Positions 12,690 to 25,145 of a stretch of DNA of 64,000 nt are shown piece after piece (positions within the stretch are counted from its first letter, which is position 1; each line of letters starts with the position of its first letter). Where the stretch lies: assembly GCA_964270895.1 (NCBI GenBank), contig OZ185453.1. One strand, written 5' to 3'. Both the position numbers and the translations under genes were made by a program. Source of the DNA: Podarcis filfolensis (taxonomy: Eukaryota). Below the pieces are notes generated by a model. That model ran no database searches, had not been told where the DNA came from, and saw nothing but the letters and a program-made list of their open reading frames with translations.

Positions 12690-15010
12690 CCTTACGGTAA
12701 CAAGGAAATGCATGAAGGTTTGTGGACAATGCCAGGTGGGATCTCCGAAGTTGCTAAGCAAAATATCCAGTAGTCAAAGGGTGGGGGCACAGTGGAGGGC
12801 CATTTCCTTCTTGACCAGCTTGTGAACGTCCAAATCCATCTGGATGTCTCTCGCTGGAAACAGAACGGTGGACAAGATGGACCTGGGTCTGATCCATCAA
12901 GACATGTTTTTGAGCTCTTAGTACAGCGAAACAGATGCCTCACTGTAGCACTGACCACTGGAAAAGCACAAAGCTAGGCAGAAGTACAAGCTGAGCCCTT
13001 GCAAAGTTGAGGCTGGAGCTGCATTTCCTCAGGGGGCATGGAGAGCTGCCTCTTCCCATTAAGTCAAGGCTGGCTAGAGCTTCCCTTCTGGTCTGTCTGG
13101 GTCTCTCCCTGCCCGCTTCTTCGTTGCTTGGCATGGTGTCAGGCTGCCAGTACAGTTCAGCTGGGCACAGCTCATGCCTGTACCCAGAGACAATGACCCA
13201 CTTTCCTTTACTCTTCGTCTACTGTGTGCCTGCCAATCAGGAGGAGGGGAGGAGCAATGTGGGTTGGACAGGAAGAGGATAAAACCATAACAAAAGATGC
13301 TGTGTGATGGGGAGGAAGGGGGTGGCAACTGTGGACTGATGGGGAAAGGAAGGGGACAGGGGAGAATGGCAGAATGGCACAGCTAGAGGGAGGGAGTAGG
13401 AAGCTGAGAGAGAAGGGGGAAAATATGGGTGGAGGTACAGTATGGGGTTTGATTTGCCAGACCAACTAGCAGTCCTCTGTTGCCTATGATTGGCATTCTA
13501 CTAACCTGTGTTTGGAGAAATAGGAATCCCGATTGACTGGCTGGATTCTTAACATATACTTAAGTGGAAATCCAAGACTGATTCCCTTCTAACAACTGGT
13601 TGCAAGAGCCGGCAGCCGGCACAAGCACAAGTGGTGGTTAGAGTGGCTGCCGCTGACATTTTCCTGAAATTCACTGAAAGCGAAATTTGAGAGCAAATGT
13701 GGGAGCTCCTCCTTGGATAAAATATTAAGGGAATTCTGAGGGAAACCAAAGGGTTTCACATGTCCCCAGGTTGTCACCCGGTTTTGCCGAAAGCAACATT
13801 CGAAACAAATCTGGAGAGTCTTTTTCGCCCAGCCAAAAAGTCTGAGAAATTTTAGGTGAAACCAAAAAGTGCTTGATAAATTTCCTGCAGCATGATGGGA
13901 TGGAGGGTCCACATATCTTCAGGCTGCCAGGAGGGATTTTCGCTATAGGGAAATTCAAAGTGAATCTGGACATTCTTCTTCAGGGTGATGAATTTCAAGG
14001 AAAACAAAATTAGTTTTGACAAGTCTTCTTGAATTTTCTGGCAGGGTGGGGGGTGTCCAGACATCCCGGTGGTGCTGATGGAAATAAACTCAGAAGAGAA
14101 TCTTCATTTTGAGTGCCAGTGTCTGCTGAGGCGATTATAAACAGAGTCAATGTGGGAATTTGTGTAGACACAGTAAAGGAATGTGCTACCTGGACAGTGG
14201 CTAGGGGCACTGCCAGTCTGATGCTATTTTACAGGTGGCAAACTCAGGTTGTGTAACTGAAGTGAATTTGGTGCTCTTACACAAGAAGCCAGCAATGACC
14301 CAGATGTTTTGTAAATGGAAAGTGACATGGAAATGCACTGGAACATGTGAGATAACAATTGCTTGATGTAGTGTCAAATGAAAAACAAACAGAATGGATG
14401 CTCAAAAAAGCAGCTGATGCCATATAAACTCCCCATAAATGAACAAAATCGGGGTGAATGCTCAATAAACAGGTTGTCTGGAAGTGTTTTATGGCCGTTT
14501 GTCTGATTTCCTTCCTTCCAAGTTTTTCTTCTTCTGATTTTTCAAAACGTAACATAAACATTTTCTCTCTTTGCTATGGATCTGTCTCATCATATGCTTC
14601 TGCAATGAACGCCCTCCCACCCTTGAAAACTGCACAGAAGGCGGCCTGAGGGGCAGAGAAAGGAGGGAGAGAACAGAGAAGTGCTGGATAGGATTTAATG
14701 GCCTTAATCAAAAACTTTCTCCCCATCCTCCAATCAGCTTCCTGCGGCTATGATATTATTAGACAGAATGCAAGGAATAGCGTGATTAGGAAGCTATCCC
14801 ACCACATATGTCACTGGGAGAGGGCAAATGGGAGAGGAGGATGAAGGCCCCTCCATCAGCTAAGCACAATATGGGTGGGATTTAAAATGCTCCCTTTGGA
14901 ATTGGGAATCTGATAGGAAGGCAAGGAAACAGGACAGCACCAAGTCCTGTACATTCCAGTCACCCCAAGGTCCTAGCTGTGCAGACAGGCAGACTGAGCG
15001 GCCTACCATA

Positions 15011-15100
15011 GGCTGCAACTCTATTCACACTTACCTGGGAGTAAGCCCCACTGGAAAAAGTGGGACTTATCTCTGAATAAACCTGCACTGAATTGTATTG
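15011..15100. mobile_element. ~90-bp palindromic MITE copy
   Basis: ggctgcaac...cttacctgggagtaagccccactg...gtgggacttatctctgaataaac. Confidence 0.6.
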
Positions 15101-15814
15101 CACACACAGTACTGCAAGGCAACACGTGAAAGGAGCAGGGAAGCTGTAGGATTGTGGGATAGGGATGGCAAAGGATGAAAACTAGAATGGATAAGTGCAG
15201 GTTACTGCTCCCTGAAAGCTGAAACAAAGCAGACTGAGATATTCAGTGAAACTTAAGGGATGGGATAAAGGGGATAGGAATGAAAAGCTGAGTGGTTGAT
15301 CTAGAGCAATTTTTTTTACAAGATTTGGTATATCTCTGGGCTTGTGGTTCTCAAACAGCACTGCCTCTCCATACTATACGGCAAACTGCTTCTGGACAAG
15401 AAGGAAGTTTCAAAAGAAGACGGGAAGGTCTGAATTTGGAAAAGAAACATCTCACTTGGGCAAGCATAAATTGGTTCTCTGGACACCAGGCCTGTGAAAG
15501 AGCACCACCAGACACACAAGCCTATGCATATTTCCCCCTCAGAAAATGAAAATGAAATAAAACTACAAATGGATTTGTAGCCTATCCTTCCCATATCCTT
15601 GGAATCCAACAAATGGCCTGGGGAATAAAATTATGCTGTTCTGAGGCCCAGTTCTTGCTGAAGTGGCGAGCCTTTGAGTGGGCTCCGCTTCTTCAGTCAG
15701 AAAGACTTGAGGGGACTTCCAGGCTAAAGCTCTGTGGTGCAACTGAAAACATCCCTCTTGCACAATGAAGAGAAGGCAGAATGGCAAATGTGCTTCTGCA
15801 CCACACCTTATATA

Positions 15815-16070
15815 GTGATGACGGTGATGATATTTATTTAATTTGCATACCGCCCTATATCGGCAGGTCTCAGGGAGGCTGCAACATTAAATCACAATAT
15901 CAAAACACAAAATACATAATTAAAATAAAAACTAAAACAACCCGATAAAAAAAAACCCACAACACATTTTAAAAAGGCATTGGATGTCAATCAGTCAAAG
16001 GCCTTGGTAAAGAGGAACGTTTTTGCCTGGTGCCTAAAGGTGTATAATGAAGACGCCATCAGTATTACTA
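15815..16070 (-). mobile_element. L2 LINE 3' end
   Basis: Reverse complement of the same 3' end (ataccgccctatatc...aaggccttggtaaagaggaacgtttttgcctgg). Confidence 0.7.
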
Positions 16071-17878
16071 TCTCATAATGATCTGTACACCCTGCAGCAG
16101 CATGGTAAGACTGGGTGGGGTTTACTGAACGGGGAATTATGCTTGCTCCTGAACTGCTTCCTTAAAGGGTTTCCTCTTTGCCCCCCCCCAATATTACCTT
16201 CTTTCTTTAACAGCATTAGAGCTTATGCACTCTTAGTCTCAACCCTCCTCCCTACACACACATGTCACTGTACACATCCAAACACTGCCTCAACAAAAGA
16301 AAAGGGAAATAACAGGAAGGCAGTGCTAAACACGGTGGGCTACTGTCCCACTCTTTGCAAAATAGTTGGATGTTCTGTGGATTGGTGGAAAGGCAGAAAC
16401 ACAAAATGGCAACGATTGGAGAGACAGAGAAAACACAAAACAGCAATGACTGAATGAGGACGGCATCTGGCTGCCCCATAAAAAGCAAATGAACGAAGCA
16501 TCGCAATTCCAGAGTTAACACCCCACCTGGAAGCACCCTGACTGAAAGCTCCTTCCCAGCAAAAGGAGAAGAAAAATCCCTGCAGATAGAAAGCAAGGAT
16601 GTCAAGAAGAAAGGTCCCACTCTGGCCTTCCCCTCCCCACCATGTTCATTATTCACTGGAAACTTTTCACTGTCAGAGAGCATTCAATAATGTGAGCACC
16701 TGCCTCCAGTCTGGAGGGACGTAACCCAGACAGAATTTTGCCACTTCAGCAAGCACAAGTCCACTGGCAAAGTCAGAAGTTGAAAATGCCATTTGCACAC
16801 TGTCTGAACTTTGTAAAGATGGGAAAGCAGCAAAGTTAAAAAAACAAAAAACACCTTGCCTGATGCAGCAGACTGCTGGTGGCAGTCATAGTAACCTTCA
16901 CAGCAGACAGCACAGTCGGTGATACTGAAAGGAAGCTCCAGGAAAGTAAGGGAAACACCTCGTGAACATGGCCTGAAAAGTACTAAATAGTAACAGGCTG
17001 TAACAGAGGCTTGCAAATGAAATAAAAATAGCTGTCTTGGTCATTTAAGGAGAAGCACAGACTTCAATTGTATCTAAGAACAGCACCTGTTTTCTTGTGA
17101 ATACCCTCTTGGATCATATATTTTCATGTAATACTGGAGTTTACTTGCAAGTTACAACTAGTTTTGCTTATAAACACTGATAATGCTATATAAATAACAG
17201 TAACAATAAGTTTCACAACCTTATTTAGAAACTGGATATTACAATTGTGCTTGCTTTTACTGAATTTTGAAAATATGAAAACATTGGTATTTTGGAAACA
17301 ACGCATGTTTGTTTTTTAATGCAGTTTTATGGAATCTGCAAGTGAAATAGGAACATCAGAGCTAAAAAGAAATCTGCATTTTTTAAAAAGTACCTCCCCA
17401 TTCTGCTGGGAAAGTTCTAGATTCCATTCCCTCACAAGGTAAGAATCATGATTACTCAGGCCAGGGTTTGTTTGTTTTTATAATAGTGGTGCCTCTCTGG
17501 GTATAACCTGGCTATTAGACAAAACTACTATTTAGGGATGAACTAGGCATTATACAAGTCATTTTGGGTAGCAACGCTGAAATTGATTCCCCCCCACTCC
17601 CTCCATATGACAAGATCAACTTGCCTCATGTCAAGTTATGGCAGAAGAGCAACAAACTCAATGTGGGGTTGCTGTTTTGTTGTTGTTTTTTGTAGCAGCC
17701 CCTGTTCCAGATAATGGGGATTTCTGCCTTTTAGCTTTGGTGCCTTTGCTTAACAACAATACAAACCACCCCAAACCCCTCTGCATCTAGTAAACCAACA
17801 GCAGCACCCACACATTAGGAAGAAAGGTGTAGGAGAATCCCTCCCTGATGTGCTCGTTTATTGCATGTAAGAAAGTTA

Positions 17879-17968
17879 TCTATATCTATCATCTATCTAT
17901 CTATCTATCTATCATCTATCTATCTATCTATCTATCTATCATCATCTATCTATCTATCATCCATCCAT
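17879..17968. repeat. Interrupted (TCTA)n/(GATA)n microsatellite
   Basis: Direct read of sequence. Confidence 0.95.
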
Positions 17969-19431
17969 CTATGTGGAGGAGCATTCAATAACATGACCAT
18001 CATGCACACATACCTTATATTCTGAAGTGGAAAAGACTACATCACCTAAGACTACCAGCTCATTCATCATACTGTATAGACCAGCTCTCAACAGAACTTC
18101 AGTTCTCGAGAGCAGAAATGCTAATGCCCCAAATCTCTTGAGAACCAGGATTCTGAGAAACCACAGAGCGTTCAGAGCCTTTGTGCTTGAAGAAGGAGTA
18201 ACTGTTGAAACACGGTGTACATGTGTGCATTGATTAAATCGCAATACAAAAGGAGATCCTGATGCATGGTCATGTGCTCACATCAACATTCCCCTTTCTG
18301 CTGTGATTTAATCAATGGGCTCATGTTCCGGTGGTAACTTAAAAAAAAAAAGGGGGGGGGAAGACATGGACTGAAAACTGCATATATCTAGCAGTTTAAC
18401 CAAGTCCAGAAACCAACAACAGAAGAACAGTGGTTGCTATTGCATCAGTGCTACTCCAGCCAGGGGCAGGGGCGCGTGTTAGGAAAGAACCTAAAATTCT
18501 CTGAGAAACTGTGATGGGGAGAGTTTTGTAAGGTTTTATTCAATGCTACTGTACACCAAGGGAATCCTGTTTTTAGCACCTGGAAGCACCTTTTCAGTTT
18601 TTGTGCAACTACAGAATTTCTCTGCGGCATTTCTCTATGAAGAGGTGCAATCTTCTTTGGAAGTCAAAATATAAACATTATAAGGACACTTTATAAACAT
18701 GGTAGAAGCAAAAATCCAACCAATGGGAAAGGGAAGGAGATTGTGCCAACCACGCCAGGGGACATCTTTTTTGGCCCACCGCTGTATAAACACAGGGTAG
18801 GCTTATCTTCCAAGTCAGCACTCACAAGACAGCTGAGAAGACAATCCAAACCAAGAGTGCACTTGTGAGTGTTACCACACTGCAGTTTCAACAAGCTCCG
18901 AGAAAGGGGCTTAAGATGATCATAGCTCTAACTAAGGAAGGGTGGTCCACATATTAACACAAATGTAAACAAATCATCGATCATAATCATCCACAGTTTA
19001 TCTCTAATCATGCTTATGAAATATTTGGCGAGAGAAGTAATGCTTTTGGTTTAACGCACTCACTTGGCATTCTGTGTGTACGTCTGTTTATTTGTCACTC
19101 CTGTTGTAATGCTCTGCTGAATACTGAGATATCGGAATGAAATTTAGTAGGCACACGAAGGGCAGAATTCCACACGTCAAGTTGAAATACCGTCTCATTT
19201 TCAAAGGAAGGAAGAAAATGCAAAGTGTAACACAATATGCCTTAAAGACTGAAAGATTAATATAAAAGTTGCTGTGCTTGTTCAAGATACCATTTTATGT
19301 TTCACGTTCAAAAACCTCTGCTTGACCTAACACACACACACGTATTCAATAAGACACATAAACTACAATGTAAATGTAAAATACGCTCCAGTGTAATATT
19401 TCTCTTATTATAAACATTTGTATTTCATTTG

Positions 19432-20112
19432 TGTGACCTGGCCACGGTGATCCATGCGATGGTCACCTCCAGGCTTGACTACTGTAATTCGCTCTAAGCG
19501 GGGCTGCCCTTGAAGCTGTGCCAGAAACTCCAGCGGGTGCAGAATGCTGCAGCGAGGCTTCTCACAGGGTCTCTGCCACGGGAGCATATTCACCCAGTGC
19601 TTTTCCAGCTGCATTGGCTCCCAGTGGAGTATAGGGTCAGATTTAAGGTGCTAGTTTTGACCTTTAAAGCCCTTCACGGCCTAGGACCCTCGTACCTACA
19701 GGACCGCCTCTCCTGGTATGCCCCACGGAGGACCTTAAGGTCCATATACAGCAACACCCTAGAGGTCCCGGGCCCCAAGGAAGTTAGATTAGCCACAACC
19801 AGAGCCAGGGCCTTCTCAACACTAGCTCCGGCCTAGTGGAATGCTCTGTCTCTTGAGACCAGGGCCCTACGGGATCTGATCTCTTTCCGCAGGGCCTGTA
19901 AGACAGAGTTGTTCCACCCGGCCTTTGGCTTAAAATCAGTTTGATTCCCTCCCCCTCTTTCTTTTTCCTTTCTCCTCCTATGAAGAGATTGCACCCTAAT
20001 GTTTTAATGTTGTATCTTAACCTTTTAAACTGTATTTTAATCAACTTGTTTTTATTATTGGTTGTCAGCCGCCCTGAGCCCGGTCTTGGCTGGGGAGGGC
20101 AGGGTATAAATA

Positions 20113-20115
<3 letters not shown>
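19432..20115 (+). mobile_element. L2 LINE 3' fragment (ORF2 C-terminus plus 3' UTR)
   Basis: Translates as DLATVIHAMVTSRLDYCNS*...KLQRVQNAAARLL...LHWLPVEYRVRFKVLVLTFKALHGLGPSYL with stop codons. Ends tgtcagccgccctgag followed by an (ATT)n tail. Confidence 0.9.
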
Positions 20116-20163
<48 letters not shown>

Positions 20164-20188
20164 TACTACTACTACTACTACTACTATT
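20116..20188. repeat. Compound (ATT)n(ACT)n microsatellite (tail of the L2)
   Basis: Direct read of sequence. Confidence 0.95.
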
Positions 20189-20464
20189 TTAACTGACTGA
20201 GACCTCAGAATGTAAATTGGTGCATAGATTTGGGGCTATATTCAATAAGTCAAGTGTGAGTCCCAGCACTGGAAAAACAAATCGGAGAGTAGTACAACAT
20301 CTGAAGTAAGGCGGGTCCTTTACTAAAGTATTATGTAGAAAAAGTGAGAACTGCATTGCAGGATAGATAATGCTCAAACAGACAAGACTTTTGAGTCCCA
20401 AAGCAGCCTGCTAGATACCTCTAGAAGCTCACATGCATGCAGGAACCAACGGGAAATACTTTGT

Positions 20465-20954
20465 TGTCAAAAGTACACTTGTAAGTTAGGAAAAGTCATG
20501 TCCTACGTCTCTCGACTACTCCTAGGTGTGCACCTGATGAGGCAGATGCAACAACGGAGAGGGTAGCCCTCCAACCTCAGCTTATGTATCTTCCCCACTT
20601 GAGCTGCACATAAGTAGGCAAAGACTGTTTCTGCATGGAACCTGCTTTTGCTCCTCCCTCTTCCATCCTCCCTTGGTGCTGGGAGACAGTGGAGAAGGAG
20701 AGGTGGGTGCAGGAGGAGGAGGTGCAGAAGTCCTTGACTCTCCACCGGCCTGACCTATCTCTCCTTCATCCTGCACACCTATTCTTCACTCTCCAATCCT
20801 GCAGCTTCTCCTGCCTCTGCCTCTCATCTCCTGGCTGTTCCAGGCTCCCTCAAATCACTGATCCCTTCTTCCAAGCCAGTTTCCAACTTCTTCTCTCAGT
20901 GCCCACTCATCAGTATCTAGCCACCACTCCTCAATGTCCAGCCAGTCCATGACA
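20465..20954 (-). mobile_element. Older solo LTR related to 32501-33018
   Basis: Identical terminus CCAGCCAGTCCATGACA and a similar pyrimidine-rich body. Left boundary uncertain (20465 or 20499). Confidence 0.55.
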
Positions 20955-22207
20955 TCTGGCCATCAAAGGTATACCACATTTGAACACAGAGAGGTCCATA
21001 GGGACATATTTTTGGCTGGCCTAGCTTTCATGAACCCAGTTGCTTCAAGAAGATCTGAACTAGCAGCAAGCGCCACATTTTATGGCATGAAAGATACACT
21101 TCTTCATACAACACTCAATTCCCCAGTGGGATTCAGTATCACTATATGTTCCGTTTACTGTTGTGTCAGCCACTGACAGAAAATTGATTTTAAAAATCTT
21201 TGGGAAAGGATGAAATTCACAGAGCACAGGCCTATCAATCACATATAGCCATGACAGCTTTAAATGGCATATCCATATTCAGAGACAGTTGACCTCTGCT
21301 TACAATGCACTGAGGACAAACAACAAGGGAAGGCCATCACCTTTGTGGTCCCCTGCGACTAGGGACTGATGGATAAGCCTTCATTCGGTCAGTGTGGATT
21401 TCACATGTGACTGACAGGAAGCCTATTCTGTGCATTTTGACAAGCATGTGCAAGTTTTGAATCCATCCAGAATTCTTTCAGGAAAACGACGTGTTTATTA
21501 GGTGATCTGAGAACTGCCTTTCAAATGCTTTTCTTTTACAGGTTTTAGGTACTTGGTGTGGCCACAAAGCACAACAGCTGCTGCACACCTTGAACACAGG
21601 CTTGAAAATGCCCCTTGGTCTGAGATCAACAGTATATGAGGACAAGTCATTCACCCCACAGAAATTTTATGGGGCAAAAGATGACTGCTCAATATGCAAC
21701 AGCTGCCGTATTGAAGCATGCAAAATGAAAAGAAAGTAAGTGGCACATGTGCAGAGCTACTGTTCTCACAAGTCCTGTGTCCTATTTCAGTGTCAAAATC
21801 GCTCCTTCCTCAGCAACCCGGCAATTATTTTCAGCAATGGTACTGTCGATCTATACATTATAATCCAGCATTAGATCTAAAATGCTGGATTAAGTTTCTA
21901 AAATAAAGTAGGGAGGGGCAGCCAGAATTATAATTTGGGTTATTGTAAAAAAATAAAAAAATAAAAATTCCTGTCATCTTATGTATTAGTGTACCCATAA
22001 AATAATTTAATTTACTTGTTGCCATAGAAACCCATATAATAAATTAATTAAAAACCCAGTCTGTTTTTTGTTTGTTTTTTTAAATGAAGGCGTGGAAAAG
22101 AAGAGCATAGGCTGAGATCTAGGTGAGCCAAAACAGGAAGGATGAAACCAGTGGGCAAATTGAGAGAATACAGAAAATGAACATAAAACAGGATTTTGTC
22201 GCGGGAG

Positions 22208-22208
<1 letters not shown>

Positions 22209-22254
<46 letters not shown>
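22209..22254. repeat. (GA)n microsatellite
   Basis: Direct read of sequence. Confidence 0.95.
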
Positions 22255-22258
<4 letters not shown>

Positions 22259-23039
22259 GAGGATTTACAGAGACTATAAAGCTGTGGAGGGAGGGTAATA
22301 AAGGGGAAGGAAGAGCCACTCGGGAAGAGAAGTAATGAGAAAAAGATTGGATTAATGAACTTTGAAGGACTGGAAGGGGGCAGTGGGAACATGCAGCAGC
22401 TGAGAATATTTGGTATACAACATATAAATATATTTACACGCAAAAACTCACCAGCCTACTTGGAGGCCTTTTGCAATTAAGTTAATAGGAGACGGTTTGC
22501 CAGTGGCAAATTATTATGGTAAGAAATTCCTTTCTGTTACCAAGGGACTTGTTTTGCGTCTTTAAAAATATATATGCACAGAGGTTTATTTTAAAATGGG
22601 TGATTGAAACCGTCGTCTCGACGTTTTCGATGCCTTGCAATTTTCCCAGAGCTCCTTAGCTCTTAAGACCATGGGCTAAGAAAAGGGCAAAGCTGTTTCA
22701 TTAGAAGGGTAGCATTTTTCAGCACAGCGGCGGCAGGGGAAGTACATCTAAGCATCAGGAACGCTACGCAGAAGGAATTTGGAAGTTTGCGGCAGACCAA
22801 TACTTGTGATTATTTGGGCTGTAATCCTAGACATAATCGGTTGGCTCACATGTAGGGTTGAATCTATGCTGTGATCCCATAGGTAGATTGGTGGGGGGGG
22901 GGGAGAGAATAGTGAAGGGCCACAAACTTCACCTCCCTAATAATTGTTTTAAAAGGCATGGTTTTTTCAGCCCTTGTGGCTGTGTAATGCATGTGGGCAA
23001 TGCATGCTTTAAATATCATTAGCCAGAAGGGTGAATAAG

Positions 23040-23076
23040 GAGGCAGAGTGGTATGGTGGTTAGTGTATCAAGTGCA

Positions 23077-23122
<46 letters not shown>

Positions 23123-23297
23123 GTAATAATAGAATTGGACACCCCAATTTTCATTGGAGAAATGTTGGAGGGTATGTCGCCAGCTAAGCTTACTGGGTGG
23201 CACTGGGCCACTCTCCCAGCCACACTTACCTGAAGCAATTGTTAGGATGATAAAATGGGGGCAGCAGCTTCTTATGAAGAAGGGTAGGACACAAATG
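23040..23297 (+). mobile_element. CORE-type SINE relic interrupted by (AAT)n and a short TIR-like fragment
   Basis: gtggtatggtggttag head and gttaggatgataaaatggggg core, separated by the microsatellite. Confidence 0.5.
23076..23128. repeat. (AAT)n microsatellite
   Basis: Direct read of sequence. Confidence 0.95.
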
Positions 23298-23305
23298 GAC
23301 TAAAT

Positions 23306-23441
23306 CAGGGTTTCCTAACCTTGCATCCCCAGCTGTTCTTGGACTACAACTCCCATCATCCTTAGCTAGCAGGAACAGTGGTCAGAGATGATGGGAAATG
23401 TAGTCCAGAAATAGCTGGGAACCCAAGTTTGGGAAACCCTT
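23306..23441. mobile_element. hAT-type MITE, same family
   Basis: TIR CAGGGTTTCC... Perfect 8-bp TSD GACTAAAT at 23298-23305 and 23442-23449. Confidence 0.88.
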
Positions 23442-24950
23442 GACTAAATGCTAAGATACCCAAATAATGAGTCTTCAGTCTCTTCTGCAGCTCCTTAGCT
23501 AGCACAAATTATGTGAGACAATTGATCAATTTGCATAATTTGAGTCACGTTGGGATTCCTAGAGGGTCTATTTTTACTGTGTTTTATCCCTGCCTGTCAA
23601 TATTGTATCCGACACTGTGTTTTTCTGTTGGTTTTAACTATGCATCATTATGACGGCAGTCAGCATGGTGCTTCGTAAAAAGGGCAGGATGAAATATGTT
23701 TCAGCTTTACTTGAGTGTGGAATTTGGCTAACCTGAAAGCAACGTTGCTTTTGTTTTGCCAGGAGGGGCCCTACCATTAGGCAGAGTGAAGTGGCCACAT
23801 CAGAGAGCTGGTTTCGAGTGTGATGAAAGAGCGGCAAATTGTTGGTTGTTTAATTCGCTATTGTTGTATTTTTTATTGCAGAGGAGTGGGATTTTGGGAT
23901 TTGTAAGCCTGAAGTGCCAAAATAATTTGACTGGCCATGTATTTCTGTTCTGCAGGGGCAGCTCAAGATATTTGTTGCCTGATACTCTGCTTCAGGCAAC
24001 AAAATGTCTTGGGCCGGCCCTGCAAAATATTCATTTAACCCTGCTAAATCCTCTTGCCTTGCTGGGCTACCTTTGGTTGCTACCAAATCACACCTGGGGT
24101 GAAGGGCCACAGCTCCTGAGTACTTTACAGAATCCCAAGTGAGGACTGCTCTTTCTGGCAAAAAGGCCCATCCGTAGAGAGCATTCAGAAAGGTTCTGAA
24201 GAGCACCTGACACCAATGCTTTGATGGCATGAATGTACACCAGTCCACCAGTTCTCTCTGGCAGGAGATCAGCCAGGTAATCAAGAGCAGCTGCGCAACC
24301 TGCAATCGCTTTGCTCCCTCTCTGAGCCCAGCATTACAGATGCTTGGGAACTTAATGAGTTATTATGTTTACAGCTGCATTTTGCAAGACTGTTGTTAAA
24401 GAGCATATGATTGCCCGGAGGGCATGTTCCACATCTGCCCAGACAGATCGCTTGGAACGTTCAAGAAACAGGTGAAGAAGACAAAACCCCATTAAGATCT
24501 CAAAGGCTCCGAATGGCTTAGCTTTCCAAATGCAAAAAGCCGAAACAGTATGACGGAAGACTCCAGTAATCGCTCTCTGCCAGACAACTTAGAAACCTTG
24601 TAAGAAGCATCTTGGCAGCCCATGAGACAATGGCAGTGGCCACAATCCACTCAAAAGACTACAAGTGGCAAAGAGAGAGGCAACAGGTGGGCAGCAGAGA
24701 AGGCTGGTCACCTCAACAATCAGCAAGAGAAGCAAATTTTGGAAGTATATGGGAATCCATGACACAGGAATGGTTTCCCAGGGCCAGTTGAATTCTGGGC
24801 TCTGATGTTATTGACTTGGCTTGAGCTCCATGCAGTTCCTTCCTCCAATCCATGCCCTTGTTGGTACAGGGAATAAGGAACAGGTACAATTGACCCAGAG
24901 GGCATCTGCTGTGTTTTATCCCCTATAAGGTACATCTACAAGCTCTGATC

Positions 24951-25145
24951 TAGCCAGTGTGCTGTACTGGTGGGAATGTTGGACTGAGATTTGCGAGGCC
25001 AGAGTTCAAATCCCCACTCAACAGCTCAATGGGTGATCTTGGGCCAGCCTCTGTCCCTGACCCACCTCACCTGGTTGTTGCGAGGATAAAATGGGGATGG
25101 GGAGAACAATGGAGGGATCCTTGGAGGAAAAGTGTTACAATATTC
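24951..25145 (+). mobile_element. CORE-type SINE (Squam3/MIR-like)
   Basis: agagttcaaatcccc B box, gggtgatcttgggccag, and core cctcacctggttgttgcgaggataaaatggg. Confidence 0.7.

Noticed and set aside
17879-17968. GATA (Bkm-type) repeat as a sign of sex linkage
   Set aside because: A single short GATA microsatellite is common on autosomes and carries no such information.
19510-19836. 108-aa ORF as a host gene
   Set aside because: It is an L2 ORF2 C-terminal remnant bounded by stop codons.
22450-22850. Possible conserved enhancer (repeat-poor, mildly CpG-enriched; similar stretch at ~34080-34300)
   Set aside because: Cannot be supported without cross-species alignment or chromatin data.
2804-23233. 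ORFs with poly-H, poly-I, poly-L, HT, CV or RE runs (e.g. 2804, 4411, 7910, 19941, 22123, 23048)
   Set aside because: They are translations of microsatellites.
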